From positions 1,280,001 through 1,344,000 of the forward strand of contig CAVYRF010000001.1 in NCBI GenBank assembly GCA_963770895.1: 64,000 bases of DNA, read 5' to 3'. This document shows, piece by piece, positions 27,801-36,500 of this stretch. This stretch comes from an uncultured Acidobacteriota bacterium (GTDB taxonomy: Bacteria; Acidobacteriota; Thermoanaerobaculia; Multivoradales; UBA5704). Both the position numbers and the translations under genes were made by a program. Numbering within the stretch: position 1 is the stretch's first letter; each line of letters opens with the position of its first letter. Below the pieces are notes generated by a model that was not told where the DNA came from, made no database searches, and saw only the letters and a program-made list of their open reading frames with translations.

Positions 27801-28905
27801 CGGTATCCGTCACGCATGGGAGCTGTTCGCTGTCCTTCCTGCTCAGGTAGTTGATAAACCGATCGATCGCCACTTCGTCAGCCTCCTGGAAGGAGGCGAA
27901 CCGCACCGAAGGCAGACGCAACGTGTGGTGCAGGAAGCTTTTGACCGCGGCCTGGCTGCTGACAAAGCCGCTGTAGACGACCGCGGAGTCCGACGCGGGG
28001 TTCTGGATGACTTCGGCCAGGAGCTGCGCAAGGGAAGGCAACGACCCGGAGAAAGTGGGTCCCAGGACCTTGAGCGGCGGCCTCTTGGGGCAAGTGGTGC
28101 AGTTGGCGTCGGTCATCGCGGGCCGGATGAGTTGGACGGCGTGGCGGAACTGCTTCTTGTTGATTCCGGCGGTGGGGGATTCGCCGACAATCAGGATATG
28201 CAGGTACTCGCTCCTGGGCACCACGGAGTCGCCGCCCTTCGGTAGCGCGGTGTCGCCAACGTTCGGTGGGGTGGAGTCGCCGGCCTTTGGTGGCGCGGGA
28301 TCGCCGGCCTTTGGTGGTGCAGGGTCGCTGGCATTTTCCGGCGCCGGCGTGGTGCGGCGGAAGGTCATCCATCCGGGCCAATCCTGCTTGCCTTCTTCAT
28401 ACCATTGCTGCTTCAAGCGCTTTTCGAAGTCGTCGGGCTCGGGATGCGCTTTGGGGTCCCATGGCAACGTCGCCTTGACGAAGGTGTAGCCCGAGTCCTG
28501 TAAGGCTTCCTGGATCGCCTCGATGGCGCGGTCGAACAGGAGCCCGAAGTGGGTGTGGGCCGGGTCTGGCAGCAGCGCGATGATGCTGTTGTCCGGCTGG
28601 ACGCACTGTGCGAAAAGCGTGTCCGGCTGCAAGGGCGCGCCGCCCTCGCCACAAGCGGCATCCACCGGGGCTTGCAGGTCTTCCTGGTAGTCGCGGCCAG
28701 CTCTTTCCGCCATCTCCTCGCGGCTTGGAAAGGCCTTGTCGGCGGTCGCGGTCTTGGCGTCGATCGCCTTGGCGGCCGCGGATGCGGCGCCATCGCTTTG
28801 CGACGCAGCCGCCGCGCCGACGGGCGATGCCGTGGGGCTCAGCCCCGGCAGCAGCCAGCCCGCCAGAACCACGGCGCCGGCGAGCCCCGCGCCGCTACGC
28901 CGCAT
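24877..28905 (-). CDS. 1342-aa membrane protein: signal peptide, large extracytoplasmic domain, about 11 TM helices
   Basis: Long uninterrupted ORF; hydrophobic segments confined to the C-terminal half. Confidence 0.85.
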   Translation of the reverse strand: MRRSGAGLAGAVVLAGWLLPGLSPTASPVGAAAASQSDGAASAAAKAIDAKTATADKAFPSREEMAERAGRDYQEDLQAPVDAACGEGGAPLQPDTLFAQCVQPDNSIIALLPDPAHTHFGLLFDRAIEAIQEALQDSGYTFVKATLPWDPKAHPEPDDFEKRLKQQWYEEGKQDWPGWMTFRRTTPAPENASDPAPPKAGDPAPPKAGDSTPPNVGDTALPKGGDSVVPRSEYLHILIVGESPTAGINKKQFRHAVQLIRPAMTDANCTTCPKRPPLKVLGPTFSGSLPSLAQLLAEVIQNPASDSAVVYSGFVSSQAAVKSFLHHTLRLPSVRFASFQEADEVAIDRFINYLSRKDSEQLPCVTDTVAVLSEDETEYGKFSSVPHAAAASATSPPVSNAPRLHVVAAQPCASHVAPMPRGLPLQLYFPREISRLRAAYQAHGTRSTGQDSATEPQGTLPLNLEVSGDDGDTVPAFSQKQTPLSQDAVLLGIVSELRKHDIRYVIVRASDPLDTLFLTRYLTVAYPRGQIVTIGADLLFRREVQDKQLRGVLALSTYSLAPISNHLFMSYWQGNGERIFPSSSEPGVYNALRALRVSAGGPNTTRDRYCALREEPELYLYQYGWPDGFRNGARICFPSVLFNRPPVHLLALGGDDFWPVASLGPNLDGAAHSLLPAIDSPQLQQQTPTHMRDSMAPPQPAGQLGGAGAPHMQPQPQRLVPPTSWIVTVLIGAALAVGFAMVLWFSSISSASSLLAQFATGRLAAREFLIVGAALLHGLILLYLLWPLRHAEEAGWSIDHAAALRRILWAAMLAMMAASILEVACHFRVGWKAHKKVRVSSWAPIVLLVVGFTIELLIALAPDSESLADSLSGIRRFMVLRAVQITSGLSCEMPLLLLVGACLWWTYCMAGGYALLDERRPYLPSGNGSDSLRLLCEDPGYTRRRAWPPDGRQSIPRDHRYYTTNRLLDSLLPGPSSPAHYFLILAVGGGLYLVFNSSWPPLRGVEPAWFEKALLPALLALALFLLAGATFRLWGLWLETRRLLVSLDALPLRRGFEKLQGFSWTPIWRLGAGGMADFRKLVARELEAMGQAEATLRKIGGKRPNAPGNAVDATSLIAALHGRETILAQRMDILDQLAHTLAMNGRFGTRALERRELEWKVLGDAQAMLGHIARAAGQVLTCLAKVWHEQEEGQPRAASDLSKPDLAIRACERFVCLVYVVFLLAVLVRIRTLTMAIGGMYVFILFALTVYPFQPRGPIDALLLLVLLGVVGAVTGVFAQMHRDATLSKITNTKVGELGADFWMRTGSFVALPVASFVAAQFPQIGSMVSSWLEPALRALQK
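28225..28328 (-). repeat. Degenerate 24-bp coding tandem repeat (about 4x PPKAGDxx)
   Basis: DPAPPKAG-DPAPPKAG-DSTPPNVG-DTALPKGG-DS. Confidence 0.8.
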
Positions 28906-29104
28906 GCTCTTGCGCAGCGCGCGCGGCGGTCGGCGCGCCTGGTCGGGGGACGGTGTCGTGGCGGGAAGGCGTGGGAGGTCCGGCTGCGGTCATGTTCACG
29001 GAAGACGGACACGGCGGACGGTTTCCCTCACGCCGGCGCCTTGCCTGCCTGCCAACCTTCAAGGTGCTGGAACCGCCCCCCAAGGTGTGCAGACCGCAAT
29101 CGCC

Positions 29105-29133
29105 TTGACAGACCTGCCACCGGTTCATAGTCT
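29105..29133 (+). promoter_or_regulatory. Sigma70 promoter for the amidohydrolase
   Basis: TTGACA-N17-TAGTCT, 41 nt before the ATG. Confidence 0.75.
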
Positions 29134-29174
29134 GCGCTGCGAGCTGCCGCGCCGCCACTACGGAAGGACGACCG

Positions 29175-32100
29175 ATGACCAGACTGCGTGCTCTGTGTTC
29201 AGCCCTCCTGTTGCTTGCCGCCGCCGGGGCCCTGGCCGGGTCCGGACAGGGCGTGCCGGCGACGACGCCGGCCGCCGCGGTGGCCTTTGCCGTCGGCGGC
29301 GCCGGCACGCCCGCTGGGGCAGGTCCTGCCGGCGCGGCGCCCGCTGCGGCCATGCCGCCTGCCGGTACTGCTACCGCGGCGGCGGATGCCGGCGGGGCGG
29401 GCAGCGGCAAGGATGCCAAGGAGGAGGCGCCCAAGTGGGATGTGAACAACCCGCCGGGGCCGTCGTCGGAGGTGGAGATCAACGTCCAGGACGGGACCTG
29501 GATGAGCCTGGACGTGTCGCCGGACGGACGGGAGATCGTGTTTGACCTGCTGGGGGACCTGTACACGATTCCGATCGAGGGCGGCCCTGCGCATGCGCTG
29601 ACCCACGACGTGGCCTGGCAGATGCAGCCGCGCTACAGCCCGGACGGCAAGAGCATCGCGTTTACCAGCGACCAGGGGGGCGGCGACAACCTGTGGGTGA
29701 TGGACCGCGACGGCAGCCACCAGCGGGCGGTGACCAAGGAGACGTTCCGGCTGCTCAACAGCCCGGCGTGGAGCCCGGATGGCGAATACCTCGTGGGGCG
29801 CAAGCATTTCACCGCCACGCGCTCGCTCGGCGCGGGCGAGATGTGGCTGTACCACCGCAGCGGCGGCGAGGGTGTGCAGCTGACCAAGAAGCGCACCGAC
29901 CAGAAGGATGCCGGCGAGCCGGTGTTCTCGCCGGACGGGCGCTACCTCTACTACAGCGAAGACGTGACGCCGGGCGAGATCTTTGCCTACAACAAGGACT
30001 CCAACGGCGAGATCTACGTCATCCAGCGCCTGGACCTGGTCAAGGGTGACGTGGAACGGTTCGTCACCGGCCCCGGCGGCGCGGTGCGGCCGACGCCGTC
30101 GCCGGACGGCACGCGGTTGGCGTTCGTGCGGCGGGTGCGCGGCAAGAGCGTGCTCCACCTGATGGACCTGCGGTCGGGCGAGGTGTGGCCGGTCTACGAC
30201 AAGCTCGACCGCGACATGCAGGAAACCTGGTCGATCCACGGCCTGTACCCGACCATGGCCTGGACTCCGGATTCGCGGTCGCTGGTGTTCTGGGCCGGCG
30301 GCCAGATCTGGCGGCTGGACGTCGCCAGCGGCCAGGTGCGCGAAATCCCCTTTACCGTGCGCACGACGCGGCGCGTGACGCAGGCGGTGCGCTTTCCGGT
30401 CGCGGTCGCGCCCGACAGGTTCGACGTCAAGATGCTGCGCTGGGTGCGGGTGTCGCCGGGCGGCGATCGCGTCGTCTATCAGGCGCTCGGCAAGCTCTGG
30501 GTGAAGGCGCTGCCCGACGGCGCGCCGCGGCGGCTGACGCACCAGGAGCAGCACCTGGAGATGTTCCCGTCGTTTTCACGCGACGGCCGCTCGATCGTCT
30601 ATACCACCTGGAACGACCGCGAGCTGGGCAGCGTCCGCATCGTCCCGGCAGCCGGCGGCGAAGGCCGCGCCCTCAGCATCGGTCCCGGCCACTACGTCGA
30701 GCCGGTGTTCACTCCGGACGGCACGCAGGTGGTGTACCGGCGCACCACCGGCGGCGAGCTGCGCTCCTCGGCGTGGGGGCGGGAGCCGGGTATCTATCGC
30801 ATCCCGGTCACCGCGGCCGGCGCCGGCGGGGCGCCGGTGCTGGTCACCAAGGACGGCGAGCGGCCGCAGTTCGGCGCCGACGGCGATCGCGTGTACCTGT
30901 ACCAGACGGACGACGATGGGCTGAAAGGCAAGCTGGTGTCGGTCGCCCTGGACGGCCGCGAGCCGCGCAGCGAGTTGGCGAGCGAACGGGGCACCGACTT
31001 CGCCGTGGCGCCCGACGGCCGCTGGATCGCCTGGAGCGAAGGGTTCAACGCCTACGTCGCGCCGTTGCCCCGCACCGGCAAGTCGATCGACCTGGGACCT
31101 GACGCCAAGAACCTGCCGGTCGCCAAGGTGACGCACGACGCCGGCGAATCGCTGCAGTGGTCGGGCGACTCGCAGCAGCTGCACTGGTCGCTGGGGCCGA
31201 CGCTCTACACGCGGGCGCTGCGCGACTCCTTTGCGTTTCTGGCCGGCGCGCCCGAGCACCTGCCGGAGCCGCCCGGCAAGGGGGTCGCGATCGGCTTCCA
31301 GGCGGCGTCCGACGTGCCGACCGGCGCCGTGGCCGTGGTGGGCGGGCGGGTGATCACCATGCGCGGCGACGAGGTGATCGAAGATGGCACGGTGGTGATC
31401 GAAGGCAACCGCATTCGCGCCGTGGGCAAGGCCGGCGAAGTGGCGGTGCCGGCCGGAGCGTACGTCGTCGACGCGCACGGCAAGACCGTCATCCCCGGCC
31501 TCATCGACGTTCATTGGCACGGCAGCTTCGGCAGCGAAGGCATCCTGCCGCAGCAGAGCTGGATCAGCGCCGCCTCGCTGGCGTTCGGCGTCACCACGCT
31601 GCACGACCCTTCGAACGACACCGACACGGTGTTCGCCGCCAGCGAGATGGCCAAGGCCGGTCTCCTCATGTCGCCGCGCATCTTTTCGACCGGCACCGTC
31701 CTGTACGGCGCCAACGCCCCGTTCAAGGCCGAGATCAACAGCCTGGACGACGCGCGCTTCCACCTGCGGCGCATGCAGGCGGTGGGGGCGATCAGCGTCA
31801 AGAGTTACAACCAGCCGCGCCGCGACCAGCGCCAGATGGTGATCGCCGCGGCGCGCGAGCTGGGCATGATGGTGGTGCCCGAGGGCGGATCGCTGTTCCA
31901 GCACAACATGACGATGGTGGTGGACGGCCACACCGGCGTCGAGCACTCGCTGCCGGTGGCGCGCGTCTACCAGGACGTGCTGGCGCTGTGGGGCGGCACT
32001 CAGGTCGGCTACACGCCGACGCTGGGCGTCGCCTACGGCGGCATCTGGGGCGAAAACTACTGGTACGACAAGACGCGGGTGTGGGAGGACGAGCGCCTGC

Positions 32101-32609
32101 TGGCCTTCGTGCCGCGCGAGATCATCGACCAGCGGGCGCGCCGCCGGGTGACCGCGCCGATCGAGGAGTACAACCACTTCAATGCCGCGCGCAACGCCCG
32201 CGCTCTGGGAAGTGCCGGCGTCAAGGTCAACCTCGGCGCCCACGGCCAGCGCGAAGGGCTGGCCGCCCACTGGGAAATGTGGATGCTGGTCGACGGCCAC
32301 ATGACGCCCCACGAAGCGCTGCGCTGCGCCACCCTCAACGGCGCCCACTACCTGGGCATGGACCGCGACCTGGGCAGCCTCGAGCCCGGCAAGTTGGCGG
32401 ACCTGGTGGTGCTGGACGCCAACCCCCTGGACGACATCCACAACACCAAGTCGCTGCGCTGGGTCATCCAGAACGGCCGCATCTACGATTCGATGACCCT
32501 GGACCAGCTGGGCAACCATCCCAAAAAGCGCGACCCCTTCTTCTGGCAGCTGCCGCGCCCGGCCTTCAGCCCCACCCCCTCCGGCCACCCCCAGGCCCTC
32601 GACGACTGA
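29175..32609 (+). CDS. Secreted TolB/PD40-repeat amidohydrolase
   Basis: Many SPDG repeats; PGLIDVHWH, GHTGVEH, GAHGQ, GSLEPGKLADLVVL. Confidence 0.93.
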   Translation: MTRLRALCSALLLLAAAGALAGSGQGVPATTPAAAVAFAVGGAGTPAGAGPAGAAPAAAMPPAGTATAAADAGGAGSGKDAKEEAPKWDVNNPPGPSSEVEINVQDGTWMSLDVSPDGREIVFDLLGDLYTIPIEGGPAHALTHDVAWQMQPRYSPDGKSIAFTSDQGGGDNLWVMDRDGSHQRAVTKETFRLLNSPAWSPDGEYLVGRKHFTATRSLGAGEMWLYHRSGGEGVQLTKKRTDQKDAGEPVFSPDGRYLYYSEDVTPGEIFAYNKDSNGEIYVIQRLDLVKGDVERFVTGPGGAVRPTPSPDGTRLAFVRRVRGKSVLHLMDLRSGEVWPVYDKLDRDMQETWSIHGLYPTMAWTPDSRSLVFWAGGQIWRLDVASGQVREIPFTVRTTRRVTQAVRFPVAVAPDRFDVKMLRWVRVSPGGDRVVYQALGKLWVKALPDGAPRRLTHQEQHLEMFPSFSRDGRSIVYTTWNDRELGSVRIVPAAGGEGRALSIGPGHYVEPVFTPDGTQVVYRRTTGGELRSSAWGREPGIYRIPVTAAGAGGAPVLVTKDGERPQFGADGDRVYLYQTDDDGLKGKLVSVALDGREPRSELASERGTDFAVAPDGRWIAWSEGFNAYVAPLPRTGKSIDLGPDAKNLPVAKVTHDAGESLQWSGDSQQLHWSLGPTLYTRALRDSFAFLAGAPEHLPEPPGKGVAIGFQAASDVPTGAVAVVGGRVITMRGDEVIEDGTVVIEGNRIRAVGKAGEVAVPAGAYVVDAHGKTVIPGLIDVHWHGSFGSEGILPQQSWISAASLAFGVTTLHDPSNDTDTVFAASEMAKAGLLMSPRIFSTGTVLYGANAPFKAEINSLDDARFHLRRMQAVGAISVKSYNQPRRDQRQMVIAAARELGMMVVPEGGSLFQHNMTMVVDGHTGVEHSLPVARVYQDVLALWGGTQVGYTPTLGVAYGGIWGENYWYDKTRVWEDERLLAFVPREIIDQRARRRVTAPIEEYNHFNAARNARALGSAGVKVNLGAHGQREGLAAHWEMWMLVDGHMTPHEALRCATLNGAHYLGMDRDLGSLEPGKLADLVVLDANPLDDIHNTKSLRWVIQNGRIYDSMTLDQLGNHPKKRDPFFWQLPRPAFSPTPSGHPQALDD

Positions 32610-32702
32610 CCCCGAGCTCCCGGCGCCGGCCCGCGGCCGCCCGCCGTACTGCGGGGACCGCGGGCGCCGCGCTGGGGGCCGGCCGCCGGGGCAGCGGCAG
32701 CG

Positions 32703-32900
32703 TCAGGGTTCGCGGTGCGGCGGCGGTGCAACCAGGTGCCCGAACTGGCGCTCCAGCAGGGCCAGCATCTGCAGGAGCCACCGCACGCGCTGGTCCGGCG
32801 TCAACGCCGCGAAGCGCGCCCGGTCCTCGTCCGTCGGCGTCGCAACCGGCCGCGGAAACGGCCAGTGGCTCTCGGGAGTCCCCCAGGTTTGCTCAGGCAA
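32703..32900 (-). CDS. About 65-aa partner of the nucleotidyltransferase
   Basis: TTG start overlapping the NTase stop; FAALTPDQRVRWL amphipathic helix. Confidence 0.55.
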   Translation of the reverse strand: MPEQTWGTPESHWPFPRPVATPTDEDRARFAALTPDQRVRWLLQMLALLERQFGHLVAPPPHREP

Positions 32901-33366
32901 GGCGTTCCAGCTCCCGCACATCCACCAGGTCCTTTTCCCGGCCAGCCGCGCGCTTGAGGCGGATCAGCTCCTCCCGTCGCAGGACCGGCACCTTGAGCCC
33001 GAACAGCTCAACCTCCTGGCACGCCGCAAGCGAGTTGCTGAAGCCTGCGCCCACCAGCAGATCCACGATGACGAACGGGTGGGTGGAGTGCACCCAGGAG
33101 AGCGCCTGCATGTTCTTTTCCAGGGCGAGAGCGGCAAGCCGCTCGGCCGAAACACCTTCCTGCTTCCGCAGCGGCTGCTGGGTGACGAACCCCAGACCCT
33201 GGAGGGTGTCCCACACACGGAGCAGGTTCTGGTCGCTCATCTCGACGACCAGGTCGAGATCCAGCGTGACCCGCACCACGCCGTGCGCCAGGCAGGCAAA
33301 GCCGCCGGCGACGGCAAAGCGGGCACCGCTGCTGGTGAGAGCCTGCAGGACGTCGGTGTAGTCCAT
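32893..33366 (-). CDS. Pol-beta-superfamily nucleotidyltransferase (DUF6036-like)
   Basis: AVAGGFA..HG..RVTLDLDL; LIRLKRAAGREKDLVD. Confidence 0.85.
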   Translation of the reverse strand: MDYTDVLQALTSSGARFAVAGGFACLAHGVVRVTLDLDLVVEMSDQNLLRVWDTLQGLGFVTQQPLRKQEGVSAERLAALALEKNMQALSWVHSTHPFVIVDLLVGAGFSNSLAACQEVELFGLKVPVLRREELIRLKRAAGREKDLVDVRELERLA

Positions 33367-33595
33367 GGCGTCATGCTACTTGAAGATCGCGGAGGCGAAC
33401 GGGCTGGGGCGCGGGGCGGTGAGCGCGCCGAGTGGATGGCGGCCGCGGTGGCGTGGGTTGGGATGCCTCAAGATTTGACTCCTGGGGCGTGAAATCCGCC
33501 CTGTTGGCGGGCGGGGTGTGTCGGGTACCATCGCGTATTCCGCAAAACGCCAGCGCCAATGCGTCAATGCAGATGGAAGGGTCGCCCGAGAGACC

Positions 33596-36500
33596 ATGAG
33601 TGACGGGCTGTCCAGGGAGGATGCGGCGACGCCGTCGCGGCCGCCGTCGGAGGTGGACTGCGGCGTCGATGCGCGGCTGACGGCCTGTGTGCGCGGCGCG
33701 GTGGCGCGCGTCCTGGGCCTGGATGCGGCGCGGGTGCCGATGGAGCGGTCGCTGGTGGCGCTGGGCTTGGATTCGCTGGCCGCGGCGGAGCTGGCGGGGG
33801 CGATCGAGGAGGAGCTGGGGGTGGCGGTGCCGCTGGCCGGCCTGCTGGCCGGCGCGAGCCTGGCGGAGCTGGCCGCCCAGGTGCGACAGCTGTCGGTGCC
33901 TGTCGCTGCCGGCGGCGACGCGGCAGGGGTTGCGCCCTGGGAGCCGGCGGCCTTGGGCGAGGCGGCGGGCGGCGGGCCGCTGTCGTACGGTCAGCGGGCG
34001 ATCCTTGCCCTGGATCGGCTGGCGCCGGGCAATGCGGCCTACGTCATCGCCGGGGCGGCGTGGCTGGAGGGCGATCTGCCGGCGGCGCGGCTGCGGTGGG
34101 CGCTGTCGGCGCTGGTGGCGCGCCATGCGGCGCTGCGGGTCACCTTCGGCGAGCTGGACGGCGAGGGCGTGCAGACGGTGGCGCCCCAGGGCGGCGCCGA
34201 GTGGGTGGAGCAGGACGGCCAGGGCTGGGGTGCGGAGCGGCGGCAGGAGTGGCTGGCGCTCCAGGCGCACCGCTCGTTCGACCTGGCGCGCGGGCCGCTG
34301 TTGCGCCTGGCGCTGCTGCGGCTGGGCGCCGGCCCACCCTTGGCGGTGCTGGCGGTGCATCACCTGGTGGCGGACTTCCAGTCGCTGGCGGTGATGCTCG
34401 CGGAGCTGGGGGCGTTGGTGCACGGCCGGGAGCTGCCGGCGCCGCCGGGGTTGGGATACGCCGACTTCGTGCGCCGCGAGGCGGCATGGGTGGCGGGGGC
34501 GGCGGGCAATCTGCAGGCCGCGTACTGGCGCGAGCTGCTGGCGCGTGGGGCGCCGGCGCTGGCGCTGCCGGCCGATCGGCCGCGGCCGGCGCTGCCGACG
34601 TGGCGCGGCGGGTCCTGCGCGGTGCAGCTGGACGCGGCGGCGGGCCGCGCGCTGGAGGCGGCCGGGCGGGCGGCGGGTGCGACGCCGTTCATGACGCTGC
34701 TGGCGGTGTTCCAGACGCTGCTCCACCGTCTCAGCGGACAGGACCACGTCTGGGTGGGGACGCCGGCGGCGGGGCTCCGGGGAGCTGACTTCGCCGGGGT
34801 GGTGGGCTATTTCGTCAATCCGCTCGCGGTGCGCGGCGACCTGGCGGGGCGGCCGCGGTTCGAGCAGCTGCTGGGGCGCGTGCGCGAGGCGTCGGTCGCG
34901 GCCTTCGCCCACCAGGAGCTGCCCTTCGCGCTGGTGGCGGAGCAGCTGGCAGGTCCCCGCGATCCGAGCCGGCCGCCGATCTTTCAGGCCATGTTCGTGC
35001 TCTACCGCGAGCGTCAGGGCGAGTGCGGCATGGGTGCGCTGGCGCTCGGCCGGGAGGGCGCGGCGTGCACCCTGGGAGGCTTGGCGGTGCGGCCGGCGGC
35101 GCTGCCGCGCCGGGCGGCCCAGATGGACCTCACCCTGCAGGTGGCGCAGGTCGACGGCGCCCCGGCGGCGGCGCTGCAGTTCAACAGCGACCTGATCGAC
35201 GCGGCGACCGCCAGGCGCTGGGCGGAACAGTTGCGGGCGCTGCACGCCGGCGCCGCCGCCGATCCGTCGCGGCGGCTGGACGAGCTGCCGCTGCTGAGCC
35301 CGAGCGAGCGCCACCAGGTGTCGCTGGAGTGGAACGACACGGCCTCCGGGTTCGAAGGGTGGGGAGGGCCGGGGCAGCTGGAGGGGCAGCGGCAGGGGCG
35401 AGGCCGCCAGGGGCGGCAGCCGCTGGGCCGGGATCCAGGCCGGCGGCGCGAGGCTGCGGAGAGCTGCCTGCACGAGCTGGTCGAAGACCAGGTGCGGCGC
35501 ACCCCCGATGCGATCGCCGTGGCGGACGCGGAGGGGCGGTGCTTGAGCTTCGGCGCGCTCAACGCCGGCGCCAACCAGCTGGCGCGCCGGCTGCGGCGCT
35601 GGGGAGTGGGGCGCGAATCGGTGGTCGCGATCTGCGCCGAGCGTGCCGCCGCCGCGATGGTCGGCCTGATCGCCATCCTGAAAGCCGGCGGCGCCTACCT
35701 GCCGCTCGATCCCGGCTATCCCGCGGAACGCCTGCGCTTCATGCTGGAGGATTCCGGCGCCACGGTGCTCTTGGCGCAGCGCCGGCTCGCCGCGCGCCTG
35801 GGGGAGCCGCTGCCGGCGGCGCTGCGCACGCTGTGGCTCGACGACGTCGGCGCCGCGGGGGCCGGCGGCGCGGCCTGGCGGCGCGGCGCGGCGCGCAACC
35901 TGCCGGCGGCCGCGACGCCGGACAACCTGGCGTACGTGATCTACACGTCGGGCTCTACCGGGCGGCCCAAGGGGACGATGAACAGCCACCGCGGCATCGT
36001 CAACCGCCTGCTGTGGATGCAGCAGCGCTACGGCCTGGCGGGCGACGACCGGGTGCTGCAGAAGACGCCGTGGAGCTTCGACGTTTCGGTCTGGGAGCTG
36101 TTCTGGCCGCTGCTCACCGGCGCCCGCCTGGTGATGGCGCTGCCCGGCGCCCACGGCGATCCGGCCTACCTGCGGCGCGCCATCGCCGCCGAGGCGATCA
36201 CCACCCTGCACTTCGTGCCGGCGATGCTGGCGGCGTTCGTCGCCGCCCTGCCCGCCCCGTCCGGCGGCATGGCGCCCGGCGCGCCCTGTCCGGCCGCCGC
36301 CGGTGCGGCCACGGCGGCAGGATCGCCGGACCTGGCGACGCTGCGGCGGGTGATGGCGAGCGGCGAGGCGCTGCCTTACGAGCTGCAGCAGCAGCACGCT
36401 TGGGCGATCGGGGCGCCGCTGCACAATCTGTACGGGCCGACCGAGGCGGCGGTGGACGTGACCAGCTGGGCGACGGAGCCGGACGGCGCGCGCCGGCTGG

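Noticed and set aside
28225-28328. Short periodic repeats as a possible CRISPR array
   Set aside because: In-frame, degenerate, no unique spacers and no cas genes.
32610-32702. GC-rich imperfect inverted repeats as an ncRNA or MITE
   Set aside because: Expected by chance at this GC content; no second copy noticed; at most a terminator between convergent genes.
33518-33595. Upstream GTG extension of the NRPS as a FAAL remnant
   Set aside because: No convincing match to the A10 PKTxSGK motif; ATG 33596 preferred.
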